From NCBI GenBank assembly GCA_963748265.1, contig CAVVIG010000009.1, positions 332,661 to 396,660 of the forward strand: DNA of 64,000 nt, in the 5' to 3' direction. This document shows, one piece after another, positions 21,078-29,472 of this stretch. Numbering within the stretch: position 1 is the stretch's first letter; each line of letters begins with the position of its first letter. This DNA is from an uncultured Acidobacteriota bacterium (GTDB lineage: Bacteria; Acidobacteriota; Vicinamibacteria; Vicinamibacterales; CAVVIG01). Position numbers and translations under genes: made by a program. Under the pieces are notes generated by a model. The model was not told the origin of the DNA. It saw only the letters and a program-made list of their open reading frames with translations, and made no database searches.

Positions 21078-21880
21078 ATGAGCAGGCCGCCTACGTCCAC
21101 CGCCCGATCACCTCCGCAACGTCCGTCTGCAGCGCCCTCGCCGGCGCGGCCTGCCTGCTGTCCCGCGCGCGCTGAAGGGATCGCCCCTGCCGATCGAGTC
21201 GTCCGACTGCGTCGCGGCGGAAGAGCCGGCTCAAAAGTGGCTCGCCGTGGCCGATGCGCCGCTCGCGCGACTACGGCGAGGCCGCCGCTACGGGAAGGCC
21301 TGAACGACCTCGACTGGGTGTCCCGTGCGTGCCCTGGCGCACGAGGCGCGTCGTGGAGTCGATGATAGCGCCGCCGCCGTGCTGCCGATGAAGCTCTTCA
21401 CGATCTTCACGAGCGACGAGCGCGCGGTCGGCCACATGGAGCACGCCTGGGGCGTATCGACGCCATCCTCGAGCGTGTCGCGCGGCCGCCAAGAGTGGGG
21501 CGTCCGTGTGGTCATCACCCCCGGACCGGGACCAACCACCCGGGCGGCCGAACGCCGCGTCGCCTCGGGTTCAGGCTACCTCGCAGCCAAGAAGGCAGCG
21601 CGAACGGAACGAACTGAGCGGGCGGCACGCGCCGAGCGCGTCGTGGCCTCGCTCTACGACCGGCTCGCGAAGCTGGGTGACGCGGCGCACGAGGCGTTCG
21701 GCGGTCGAGGAACTGGTCGATGGTGGACCGCTCCTGCTCGACGCGGCGTTTCTCGTGCCGCGTCAGCGGCGCTCGCGCTTCAGGGCCGCGCTCAGGCGCG
21801 AGGCCGAGCGGCTCCAGGAACAGGGGTATGGTCTGACGGTGAGCGGCCCCTGGCCGCCGTACAGTTTCGTCGAGAGATGA
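21078..21880 (+). CDS. gvpL: Second GvpF/GvpL-family gas vesicle protein; heavily frameshifted
   Basis: Pieces: AAYVH.., LAVADAPLA, GLNDLDWVSR, AVLPMKLFTIFTSDERAVGHMEHAWG, EWGVRVV, ELVDGGPLLLDAAFLVPRQRRSRFRAALRREAERLQEQGYGLTVSGPWPPYSFVER*. Confidence 0.7.
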
Positions 21881-21887
21881 CCGGGAG

Positions 21888-22202
21888 ATGAGATCCCGGT
21901 CCCGCGTGGAGCGACCGTCACGGCCGCCCTCTTCGCCGGTGGAAGCCGATCGCGTGCTCGGTGTCGAGGGGGCGACGGTCGTGGACATCCTCGACCGTCT
22001 CCTGAGCAAGGGCGTGATGGCGACCGGGGACATCACCCTCGGCGTCGCTGGAGTCGACTTGGTCTACCTCGTTTGTCGGCACTCTCTGTCCGCCGTCGAC
22101 AAGGTCTTGGACCGGCAGAGCACACGGCCGCCGGTCGGACGGCGGCGTCAGGCGAGCGCCGGACCGCGTCGAGTCCCCGGGCGCCGGGGCGAGAGCCGAT
22201 GA
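21888..22202 (+). CDS. Third GvpA/J-family gas vesicle protein (GvpJ/M/S-like)
   Basis: TVVDILDRLLSKGVMATGDITLGVAGVDLVYL...SAVDKV. The 3' end is uncertain; an alternative frame continues toward gvpK. Confidence 0.7.
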   Translation: MRSRSRVERPSRPPSSPVEADRVLGVEGATVVDILDRLLSKGVMATGDITLGVAGVDLVYLVCRHSLSAVDKVLDRQSTRPPVGRRRQASAGPRRVPGRRGESR

Positions 22203-22296
22203 GCCCGAGTCGTCGGAAACGGTCGCCCCGATCGCGCCTCTCACACGGAAAGCGGAAGAGGGCGCCTCAACGAAGGAAGCGCGCTTCGGCCGCCCC

Positions 22297-22668
22297 GTGT
22301 CGCCGACGCGCGACGAACTTCGTGCGCTCACGCGTGCTCAAACGCGCTGGCCGTCACCGCGCGGCGCCCCGCCGAACGAAGCCTCGACGGTCTGCCGGCT
22401 CAACGGCGCGTCGCGCTGGAATCCGGATCCCGAGGATGTGCAGCGGTCGGTCGCTCAACTCGTGCTCACGCTCGTCGAATTCCTGCGCGAGCTCATGGAG
22501 CGCCAGGCGATCAGGCGGATGGAGCAGAAGACGCTGACACCCGAAGGAGGTGGAGGCCGTCGGCCTGCGCTGATGCGTCTGGAGGAAACGATCCGTGACA
22601 TCGGCCGTCGGTTCGGTCTGACGCCAGAAGATCTGAATCTCGACCTGGGGCCGATCAAGCTGGTGTAG
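22297..22668 (+). CDS. gvpK: Gas vesicle protein GvpK
   Basis: NPDPEDVQRSVAQLVLTLVEFLRELMERQAIRRMEQKTLTPE..LMRLEETIRDIGRRFGLTPEDLNLDLGPIKLV. A local compensated frameshift is inferred (PEGGGGRRPA where EEVEAVGLA is expected). Confidence 0.75.
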   Translation: MSPTRDELRALTRAQTRWPSPRGAPPNEASTVCRLNGASRWNPDPEDVQRSVAQLVLTLVEFLRELMERQAIRRMEQKTLTPEGGGGRRPALMRLEETIRDIGRRFGLTPEDLNLDLGPIKLV

Positions 22669-23347
22669 TCAGGCTCGTGGCTTCGACCAGCAGCTTCGAC
22701 GCGGCGCGCGTGCCGATGGTGATGCGCTGTCGATTGCGCCCCCGGAGCCTGCACGGAGTCGGCGGCGGTATCGCGCAGCTCGACTTCGACCGGTTGTCCC
22801 GGCTTGAGATCGTTGCATCTCGATGAAGCGGAGGAAGGCCGGGTCCTGATCGGTGATGCGCGTGACCCTCAGCGGCGTGCCGAGCGGGCAGGTCAGCAGG
22901 CTGTCGAGATGGCGCGGCGTGATGCGCCCTCGGCGGTCGGGATCGGATCGCCGTGCGGATCGTGCGGTCGGGCGGCCGAGCATCTCGTCGATGCGCTCGA
23001 TGAGCCGCTCGGAGACGACGTGCTCGAGCTGCTCGGCTTCGTCGTGCACCTCGGCCCAGCTCATGCCCATCACCTGCACGAGGAACGAGCTCGACCAGGC
23101 GATGACGCCGCAGCACCAGCCCGGCGAGCTTTTCGCCGGCGGCGTCAGCCGGACGCCGCTGTACGGCTCGTATTCGGCCAGCCCCGATTCGGCCAGCGCC
23201 TTCACCATCGTCGTCGCGGTGCCGGGCGTGACGCCGAGAGCCGCTCGCGACCTGTCCCATCGGCACGAGCCGCGCGTCGCGCCGGCAGCGCGACTGGCCC
23301 TGGTAGATGGCCTTGAGGTAGTTCTCGACCGTGCTCGACGGGAGCAT
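22655..23347 (-). CDS. DtxR/IdeR/MntR-family metal-dependent repressor with C-terminal SH3-like/FeoA domain; reading frame broken at least 3 times
   Basis: STVENYLKAIYQ.. / VTPGTATTMVKALAESGLAEYEPYSGVRLTP / AGEKLAGLVLRRHRLVE / FLVQVMGMSWAEVHDEAEQLEHVVSERLIERIDEMLG / CPLGTPLRVTRITDQDPAFLRFIE. The 3' end overlaps the gvpK 3' end by 14 nt (convergent). Confidence 0.75.
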   Translation of the reverse strand: MLPSSTVENYLKAIYQGQSRCRRDARLVPMGQVASGSRRHARHRDDDGEGAGRIGAGRIRAVQRRPADAAGEKLAGLVLRRHRLVELVPRAGDGHELGRGARRSRAARARRLRAAHRAHRRDARPPDRTIRTAIRSRPPRAHHAAPSRQPADLPARHAAEGHAHHRSGPGLPPLHRDATISSRDNRSKSSCAIPPPTPCRLRGRNRQRITIGTRAASKLLVEATSLTTPA

Positions 23348-23374
23348 GCGACGATATTATCGCTATTCGCCGCG

Positions 23375-24100
23375 ATGTCGCGTGCGCGCGACCAGCGCAT
23401 CGCCACGCCGGAGGCAAGCGCCGCTACGTCCGCGCGCTGTTCGCGACCATCGCGGACCGCTACGATTTCATCACCGTCGCGCTGTCGTACGGGCAGGATC
23501 GGCGGTGGAAGCGGCGGCTGGTCGAGCTGGCCGCGCCTGACGCCCGGCACGCGCGGCGCTGGATCTGGCGACCGGCACCGGCGACATCGCGTTCGCGCTC
23601 GCGACGCGCTGCGCGCGGTCGTCGGCCTCGACATCACGCGCGCGGATGATCGAACTGGCGCGGGCGAAGGCGATCAGGCCCAGCGTCGCGACGGCCCGCG
23701 TTTCTGGTCGGCGACATGCTGGCGCTGCCGTTTCCGACGCCGCGATCTTCGATCTGGTGACGACCGGATACGGTCTGCGAAACGTGCCGGATCTGCCGCG
23801 CGCGATCGACGAGATCCTCCGGGTGCTGAAGCCGGGCGGCCAGGCTCTGTCGCTCGATTTCGACCGTCCGTCCACGCCGGTCGTGCGCGCGGCGTATCTG
23901 CGGTATCTCGCGATCGTGGGCGGCACGTTCGGCTGGATCGCTGCATCGCGATCCGGACACCTATCGCTACATTCCGGCGTCGATTCGCAGCTATCCGGGC
24001 GCCGACGGCGTGGCGCCGTCTGATGGGAGCGCGCGGATTCGCGCGCGTGCGCGCATTACCGGTGCTCGGCGGCTTGATGGCGATCCATCATGCGTACTAA
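23375..24100 (+). CDS. ubiE: Demethylmenaquinone/ubiquinone C-methyltransferase (UbiE/MenG family); reading frame broken at least 4 times
   Basis: KRRYVRALFATIADRYDFITVALSYGQDRRWKRRLVELA / LDLATGTGDIAF / VVGLDITRAMIELARAK / FDLVTTGYGLRNVPDLPRAIDEILRVLKPGGQALSLDF / PDTYRYIPASIRSYPGADG / GFARVRALPVLGGLMAIHHAY*. Confidence 0.7.
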   Translation: MSRARDQRIATPEASAATSARCSRPSRTATISSPSRCRTGRIGGGSGGWSSWPRLTPGTRGAGSGDRHRRHRVRARDALRAVVGLDITRADDRTGAGEGDQAQRRDGPRFWSATCWRCRFRRRDLRSGDDRIRSAKRAGSAARDRRDPPGAEAGRPGSVARFRPSVHAGRARGVSAVSRDRGRHVRLDRCIAIRTPIATFRRRFAAIRAPTAWRRLMGARGFARVRALPVLGGLMAIHHAY

Positions 24101-24556
24101 ATGACGGGCGATGCCGTCAGAGGTCGACTCAGCGCGCAGTGGTCGGGCGAGGGGACGTTCACCCAGGTCTGTCGATCAGCTGCAGCAGCTCGAGCGCGAT
24201 CGTGTACTCCGCGTCGAGGACGCGCCGGCGAGCCGCTCGGAGGCCGACTACAACTTCATCAGCAACGAGATCTTCGTGCGTTTCGCGGGCGAGCGCCGCC
24301 GCGAAGAGCGAGGCGGCTCTGGGCGTTCTGCCGTCGCCCGGCACGTGGTCGGTCAACGTCGATGACGATGCCGGGCTCGAGGCGCTGGCGGCGCTGCCGA
24401 CGAACTCGGCGCGCCCGACTATTCCGACGACGGGATGCTGCAGTATTTGCGGACGGAGCGATCGTGCCGCCATACCAGACGCGCGGCTACAAGCTCGTCG
24501 AGCTCGTGCGCGTCTACGAGGTCGCGGCGACCGACCATCCAGGCTACCTGGCCTGA
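24101..24556 (+). CDS. Hypothetical protein (frameshifted; no family recognised)
   Basis: Protein-like pieces lie in three frames: EADYNFISNEIFVRFAGE, GTWSVNVDDDAGLEALAALP, IVPPYQTRGYKLVELVRVYEVAATDHPGYLA*. It is positioned directly upstream of the PilT-like ATPase. Confidence 0.3.
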   Translation: MTGDAVRGRLSAQWSGEGTFTQVCRSAAAARARSCTPRRGRAGEPLGGRLQLHQQRDLRAFRGRAPPRRARRLWAFCRRPARGRSTSMTMPGSRRWRRCRRTRRARLFRRRDAAVFADGAIVPPYQTRGYKLVELVRVYEVAATDHPGYLA

Positions 24557-24647
24557 TCGCCCCTGCCAGTGGCCGATATGATTCGTAGCCGAGACACGCC
24601 TATGCGGTGCCAGCTGCCTGCGACGCCGGCGATCCGTGCACGTGCTC

Positions 24648-26334
24648 ATGAGCCTCGTTCCGTCCCTCCTCCAGGCCATCATCGGATCGACGGCGAGGCG
24701 CTGGTCCTGCACGTCGGCGAGAAGCCGCATGTCGTCGCGGAAAGCGGTCAGGTGAACCTCGCGACACGGGGCTGACCTCGAAGCGCTGACCGACGTGATT
24801 CGCGAGCTGCTCCGCCAGACGCGCAGCGCGCCCTGGACGACGTGGGCGCGGCGCAGTACGTGCTGCCCGAGAATCCGCAGTTCCCGAGCGAGCACTTCAC
24901 CGTCGTCGCGGCCCGTGGCGGCGACGACATCTGGGCGGAGATCCGCCGCAAGCCGCAGCGACTCCGCTGGCCGCACCGGCCGCCGATGCGGATCGTGAGC
25001 CGCCGGCCCCGTTCGCGCTTCCCGACACGGTGACGCCGCTCGAGGGGCGTCCGTCGCGCACGCTGCCGATGGACACACTGCCGACGGTGCGGACCGAGCC
25101 GCGCCGCAGCCGTCGTCATCGAGCCGCTGCGAACAGCCGTCCGCGGGGTTGCGACGACGATCCGCCGCCGGCAGTCGTCCTGCCGCTCGCGCGCACGCCG
25201 CTCCGCCACGACGTGCCACCGCCGCTGGCCGAACCGGCTCTGTCGGGGCTCGACCGGCTGCTCCGTCTGGCGGCGGCCCGCGGCGCGTCGACGCTCTATC
25301 TGTCGTCGGGTGCGCGGCCGTCAATTCGCGTGGACGGCGACGTGCGAGACGCTCGACGGCGCGCCTGTGCTCGGCCCGAACGACGTCGAATCGCTGCTGC
25401 TGACGCTGATGCCGGAACGGAACGCCGAGGCGCTGCGCACGGGGGTCCGCGAGCGAGTGGATTTGCGAAGTCCCCGAGGTCGGACGCGTGCGCTGCATGA
25501 GCTTCCGCGACCACCGCGGGCCGGGCGGCGTGTTCCGGATGATGCCGCTGCGCGCGGTCACGGCCGAGCAGCTCGGGCTGTCGCGGGAAATCCAGGCGCT
25601 CGCATCGAGACCGACGGCCTCGTGCTCGTCGCCGGCCCGCGCTCGAGCGGCAAGCGCACGCTCATGTCGGCGTTCGTCGATCTCATCAACCGCACGCGGC
25701 GCGATCACGTCATCACGATCGAGCGTGAAATCAACGTCGTCCACGAGCGCATCGGGTCGTTCATCAGCCAGCGCGAGGTCCGCGGCGACCGAGCTGATGG
25801 CTGGCGGTGGCGCGCGCGGCGCTGCGCGAGGATCCCGACGTCCTGGTCATCGAAGAACTGCGGACGGCCGGGCTGGTGATCTGGCGCTCGACGCCGCGGC
25901 GCGCGGGCAGCTGGTGATCGGCGGCTTCCGGCGCACAGCGCCAGCAACGCGATCGATCGGATCATCGATCTCTATCCGCCCGAGGAGCGCCGGCAGGTGC
26001 AGCTGTCGCTGGCGCAGAGTCTTCGCGGCGTCGTGGCGCAGGTGTCTGCTGCGGAAGAGCGGAGGCGGCCGGGTCGCGGCGCGCGAGGTGCTGCTCAACA
26101 CGCCCGCCGTTGCCAGCGTTCCTCGCCGAGGGCAAGACCTCGCAGCTCCCGCTGCGATCGAAGGGGGACGCCAGCACGGCATGGTGCCGCTCAACGACGC
26201 GCTGGTCGGCTTCGTGCAGAGCGGCGCCGTCGAAGTGCGCGAGGCGCTACCGCTGTGCGCCCGATCGTGCCGGGTTCCTCGCGCTGCTCAAGCGGCAGGG
26301 TCTCGACATTTCGCGCCTCGAGCGGCTCGCCTAG
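24648..26334 (+). CDS. pilT: PilT-family (type IV pilus retraction/twitching) hexameric ATPase with extra N-terminal PilT-N-like domain and Pro-rich linker; reading frame broken at least 8 times
   Basis: The extra N-terminal module is MSLVPSLLQAII.IDGEALVLHVGEKPHVVAESGQVNLATRGL...AAQYVLPENPQFPSEHFTVVAARGGDDIWAEIRR. The canonical part is ASTLYLSSGARPSIRVDG, RCMSFRDHRGPGGVFRMMP, LVLVAGPRSSGKRTLMSAFVDLINRTRRDHVITIEREINVVHE (Walker A), REDPDVLVIEEL (Walker B), AIDRIIDLYPPEERRQVQLSLAQSLRGVVAQ, GRVAAREVLLNTPAV, GMVPLNDALVGFVQSGAVEVREA...LERLA*. Confidence 0.7.
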
Positions 26335-26394
26335 CCGCGCTCGCTCACACCGGATCGACCGGGCTCTACCTCTCGACGAACGGCTCGAGCTCCT

Positions 26395-26788
26395 TCACAG
26401 GAAATCCAGCAGCTGCTCCTCGGTCAGATCCGCGACCGGCTGTTCCGCCATCGCACGTTCGTTCTCCACGACGCGCCGGCCGCGCGCGCGGCTGCTGCCC
26501 GAGCGACCAGCGGCTCGTCGCCGGACGTGTCGAGCGAGAGCTCGATGTAGTCCTCCGCGTTGCGCTCCGACATCAGCCGCACGCTCCCGCCCGGCGTGAA
26601 CACGGTGAACTGATAACCCTCCGCCTTCAGCACGTTCGCCACCTGGCGGAACAGCGGCACGGCTGTCGTCTCGAGAAACGCGCGTACTCGCGCGTCGCCT
26701 CGTCGGTGCGCGTCCGGCGCTCGGCCGCGGTGCGCTTTGCCCGCTCGATGGTCTCGACCAGTCGCTGTCTCACTACCGAGATTTCCAT
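26395..26788 (-). CDS. Hypothetical protein (about 130 aa; frameshifted)
   Basis: MEISVVRQRLVETIERAKRTAAERRTRTDEATREYARF / VPLFRQVANVLKAEGYQFTVFTPGGSVRLMSERNAEDYIELSLDTSGDEPLV / ERAMAEQPVADLTEEQLLDFL*. Its ATG abuts the CoA-transferase stop (TGATG). Confidence 0.4.
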
Positions 26789-27963
26789 CAGATCACGCCT
26801 TCGTGTCCGAAGGGCGGCGACCTGTGCGCCCGCATCCCGAGATCGCCGGTCAGCACCGCTTCGGTGTGCTGGCCGAGCGTCGGCGGCGGCGTGCGGATCG
26901 ACGCCGGCGTGTCCGACAGTTTCAGCGGCGTGCCCAGCACCCGCAGCGCTCCGGCGGCTGTGTTCGAGCTCGGCCATCATCTCGCGGGCCGCCATCTGCG
27001 GGTCGGCGAACAGTTCGTGCAGATCGCGCACCGAACCGCACGGTACCCTGCGGCCTGTCAGCCGCTCGATCCAGTGCGCGCGTGGCGGTCGCGAGCCGCG
27101 CGTCGAGGGCGGGCTTGAGCTCGGCGTAGCCGCGTCACGCGGTGCCGGTTGGTCGCGAACCGCTCGTCGGCGCGATGCCGGCCGCGCCGCAGAACCGCCG
27201 CCACTGCTCGTCGTTGCCGACCGCGATGACGAAGTCGCCGTCCGAGGCCGGGAACGTCTCGTAGGGCACGATGGTCGGATGGCGGTTGCCCAGACGCGGC
27301 GGCGCGGCGCCGGTCGCGAAATAGATGCCCGCCTGATAGGTCAGCAGCGCCGACGACCGAATCGAGCATCGCGATGTCCACTGCCTGGCCCCGCCCGGTC
27401 CGTTCGCGCGCGAAGAGCGCCGCCGTGATGCCCTGTGCGGCGAACATGCCGGAGACGATGTCGGCGATGGCGACGCCGAGGCGAAACGGCGGGCCGTCGG
27501 CGCTGCCCGTGATGCTCATCAGGCCGCCTTCGGCCTGCATCACCGCGTCGTAGCCGGGTTCCTTGCGGCGCGGCCCCGTCTGGCCGAACCCGGAGATCGA
27601 GCAGTAGACGAGCCGCGGGTGTGTTCGGCGAGCGACGCGTAGTCCAGGCCGAGCTTCGCGAGCGTCCCGGGCCTGAAGTTCTCGACGATCACGTCGGCGC
27701 GCTGCGATGAGCCGATCGAGGACGGCGCGCCCCTCGGGCTCCTTGAAGTCGAGCGTCACGCTTTCCTTGTTGCGGTTGATGCTCAGGAAGTACGCGCTCT
27801 CGCCCTGCCGAAACGGCGGGCCCCACGCGCGCGTGTCGTCGCCCTTGCCCGGCTGTTCGACTTTGATCACGCGCGCGCCCATGTCGGCGAGCATCATGGT
27901 GCAATACGGCCCCGACAGCACACGGGTGAGGTCGAGAACCGTGATACCGTGCAGTGGAGTCAT
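26789..27963 (-). CDS. Family III CoA-transferase (CaiB/BaiF family); reading frame broken at least 4 times
   Basis: MTPLHGITVLDLTRVLSGPYCTMMLADMGARVIKVEQPGKGDDTRAWGPPF...ESAYFLSINRNKESVTLDFK / LVYCSISGFGQTGPRRKEPGYDAVMQAEGGLMSITG..GPPFRLGVAIADIVSGMFAAQGITAAL / C-terminal LHELFADPQMAAREMM... Confidence 0.75.
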
Positions 27964-27984
27964 AGAAAGTGCGACTAGTATGAC

Positions 27985-28060
27985 ATCAGGGATCAGGGAT
28001 CGGCGGATCAAGGATCGGGATCGGCGATTAGATATTGCGACTCGAGCGATTAGCGATTAG
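27985..28060. repeat. Intergenic short tandem repeats: (GGGATCA/GGATCGG)n followed by (GCGATTA)3
   Basis: Directly visible: ATCAGGGATCAGGGATCGGCGGATCAAGGATCGGGATCGGCGATTAGATATTGCGACTCGAGCGATTAGCGATTAG. Positions 27985-28003 are the exact reverse complement of 54698-54716. Confidence 0.8.
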
Positions 28061-28066
28061 AGGCTT

Positions 28067-28790
28067 ATGCATCGACTGTCGGCGATGATCCTTGGCTGGA
28101 GTCTGGCGTGCGCGTCCCCGCGCTTGCCCAGGACCCCGCCGCTGTCCCTCCGGTGCCGACGATCGTCACGACCGGAGAGGCGATCATCCGGCGCGCGCCC
28201 GATCAGGCGTTCGTGACGGTCGCCGTCGAGACCCGCGCGAAGAACGCCGCGGGAGGCCCAGCAGCAGAACGCCGAAGCCATGACGGCCGTGCAGCAGCGC
28301 GTCGCCGCCGCCGGCCTTCCGCAAGGACGCCGTCCGGACCACCGGCTACACCATCCAGCAGGAGTTCGACTTTGCGAATGGCCGACGCGATGCCGCGCGG
28401 ATACCTGGCGCGGAACGGCCTCGAGAGTGCGCGTCGACGACGTCGAACGCACCGGCGACGTGCTCGACGCGCTGGTCAGGCGGGCGCCACGATCTATCAC
28501 CGGCGTGCGTTTCGATCTGAAGGATCGAGCGGCCGCCGAACGCGAGGCGCTGCGCCTCGCGGTGGCCGACGCGCGCGGCCGCGCCGAGGCCATCGCGGCC
28601 GGTGCCGGCCGCACGGTCGACCGGGTGCTCCGGATCGAAGATTCGCCGCAGTCCGACGCTGCCGCCGATGCTGGCCGACGATCGCCATGCTGCAGCGATG
28701 CGGCCGCTGCGGCGCCGGACGACGCCGATCGAGCCGGGGCACGATCGAGATTCGCGCGCAGGTCGACGCTCGACGGTCTCGATCAAGTGA
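28067..28790 (+). CDS. SIMPL-domain (DUF541, 26-kDa periplasmic immunogenic protein-like) secreted protein; reading frame broken at least 5 times
   Basis: MHRLSAMILGWSLA.. (signal-like) / VPTIVTTGEAIIRRAPDQAFVTVAVETRAKN / MTAVQQRVAAAGLP / VRVDDVERTGDVLDALV / ITGVRFDLKDRAAAEREALRLAVADARGRAEAIAAGAGRTVDRVLRIED / TPIEPG..IEIRAQV...VSIK*. Confidence 0.65.
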
Positions 28791-28821
28791 CCGGACACGA
28801 ACACCTCGTCTAGATGCTGCG

Positions 28822-29472
28822 ATGCCGCCCGCCTCACTGACCGCCGAGGACTACGCCCGCGCGCGCCGCGTGCTGATGCGCCGCGATCCGGTGCTCGGCG
28901 CGCGATCAAGGAGATCGGCCCGTGCCTGATGGCGGAGCGCCAGCAGCCCGATCACCTCACCGCGCTCGTCGGCTCGATCGTCAGCCAGCAGCTCTCGACC
29001 AAGGCGGCCGCGACCATCTTCGGCCGCTTCAGGGCACTCTTTCCCGACGGCACGCTGGTCACGGCTGCAGGCATCGCCGCGCTGGACGACTCGACGCTGC
29101 GCGGCGTCGGCCTGAGCGGCCAGAAGGTCGCGCTACATGCGCGATCTCTGCGGCGCGGATCGCTCGACGGGCGGCTGCGGCTCGAAGAGCTCGATGCGTT
29201 GTCGGACGAGGAGGTGATCGAGCGGCTGACCGCGGTGAAGGGGTTCGGCCGATGGACCGCGGAGATGTTCCTGATGTTCCGCCTGCATCGCCCCGACGTC
29301 CTGCCGGTGGCCGACCTTGGCATCGTGAACGCCGTGCAGCGGCTGTATCGGCTGCGCAAGCGGCCCGACGCGAAGAAGCTGCTACAAGATGGGCGAGGCG
29401 TGGCGGCCTTACCGATCGGTGGCGTGCTGGTATCTGTGGCAGTCGCTCCGGTTCGAAGACCCCATCACCTGA
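28822..29472 (+). CDS. DNA-3-methyladenine glycosylase II-like HhH-GPD base-excision enzyme; 2 frameshifts
   Basis: LTALVGSIVSQQLSTKAAATIFGRF...LRGVGLSGQKV...VKGFGRWTAEMFLMFRLHRPDVLPVADLGI, with the C-terminus MGEAWRPYRSVACWYLWQSL in a shifted frame. Confidence 0.7.

Noticed and set aside
27985-28060. Possibility that the short tandem repeats here (and at 34967, 35941, 39283, 54677 and 60198) are a CRISPR array
   Set aside because: Repeat units are only 6-14 nt, are directly adjacent or a few nt apart, have no spacers of 25-40 nt, and no cas genes are present.
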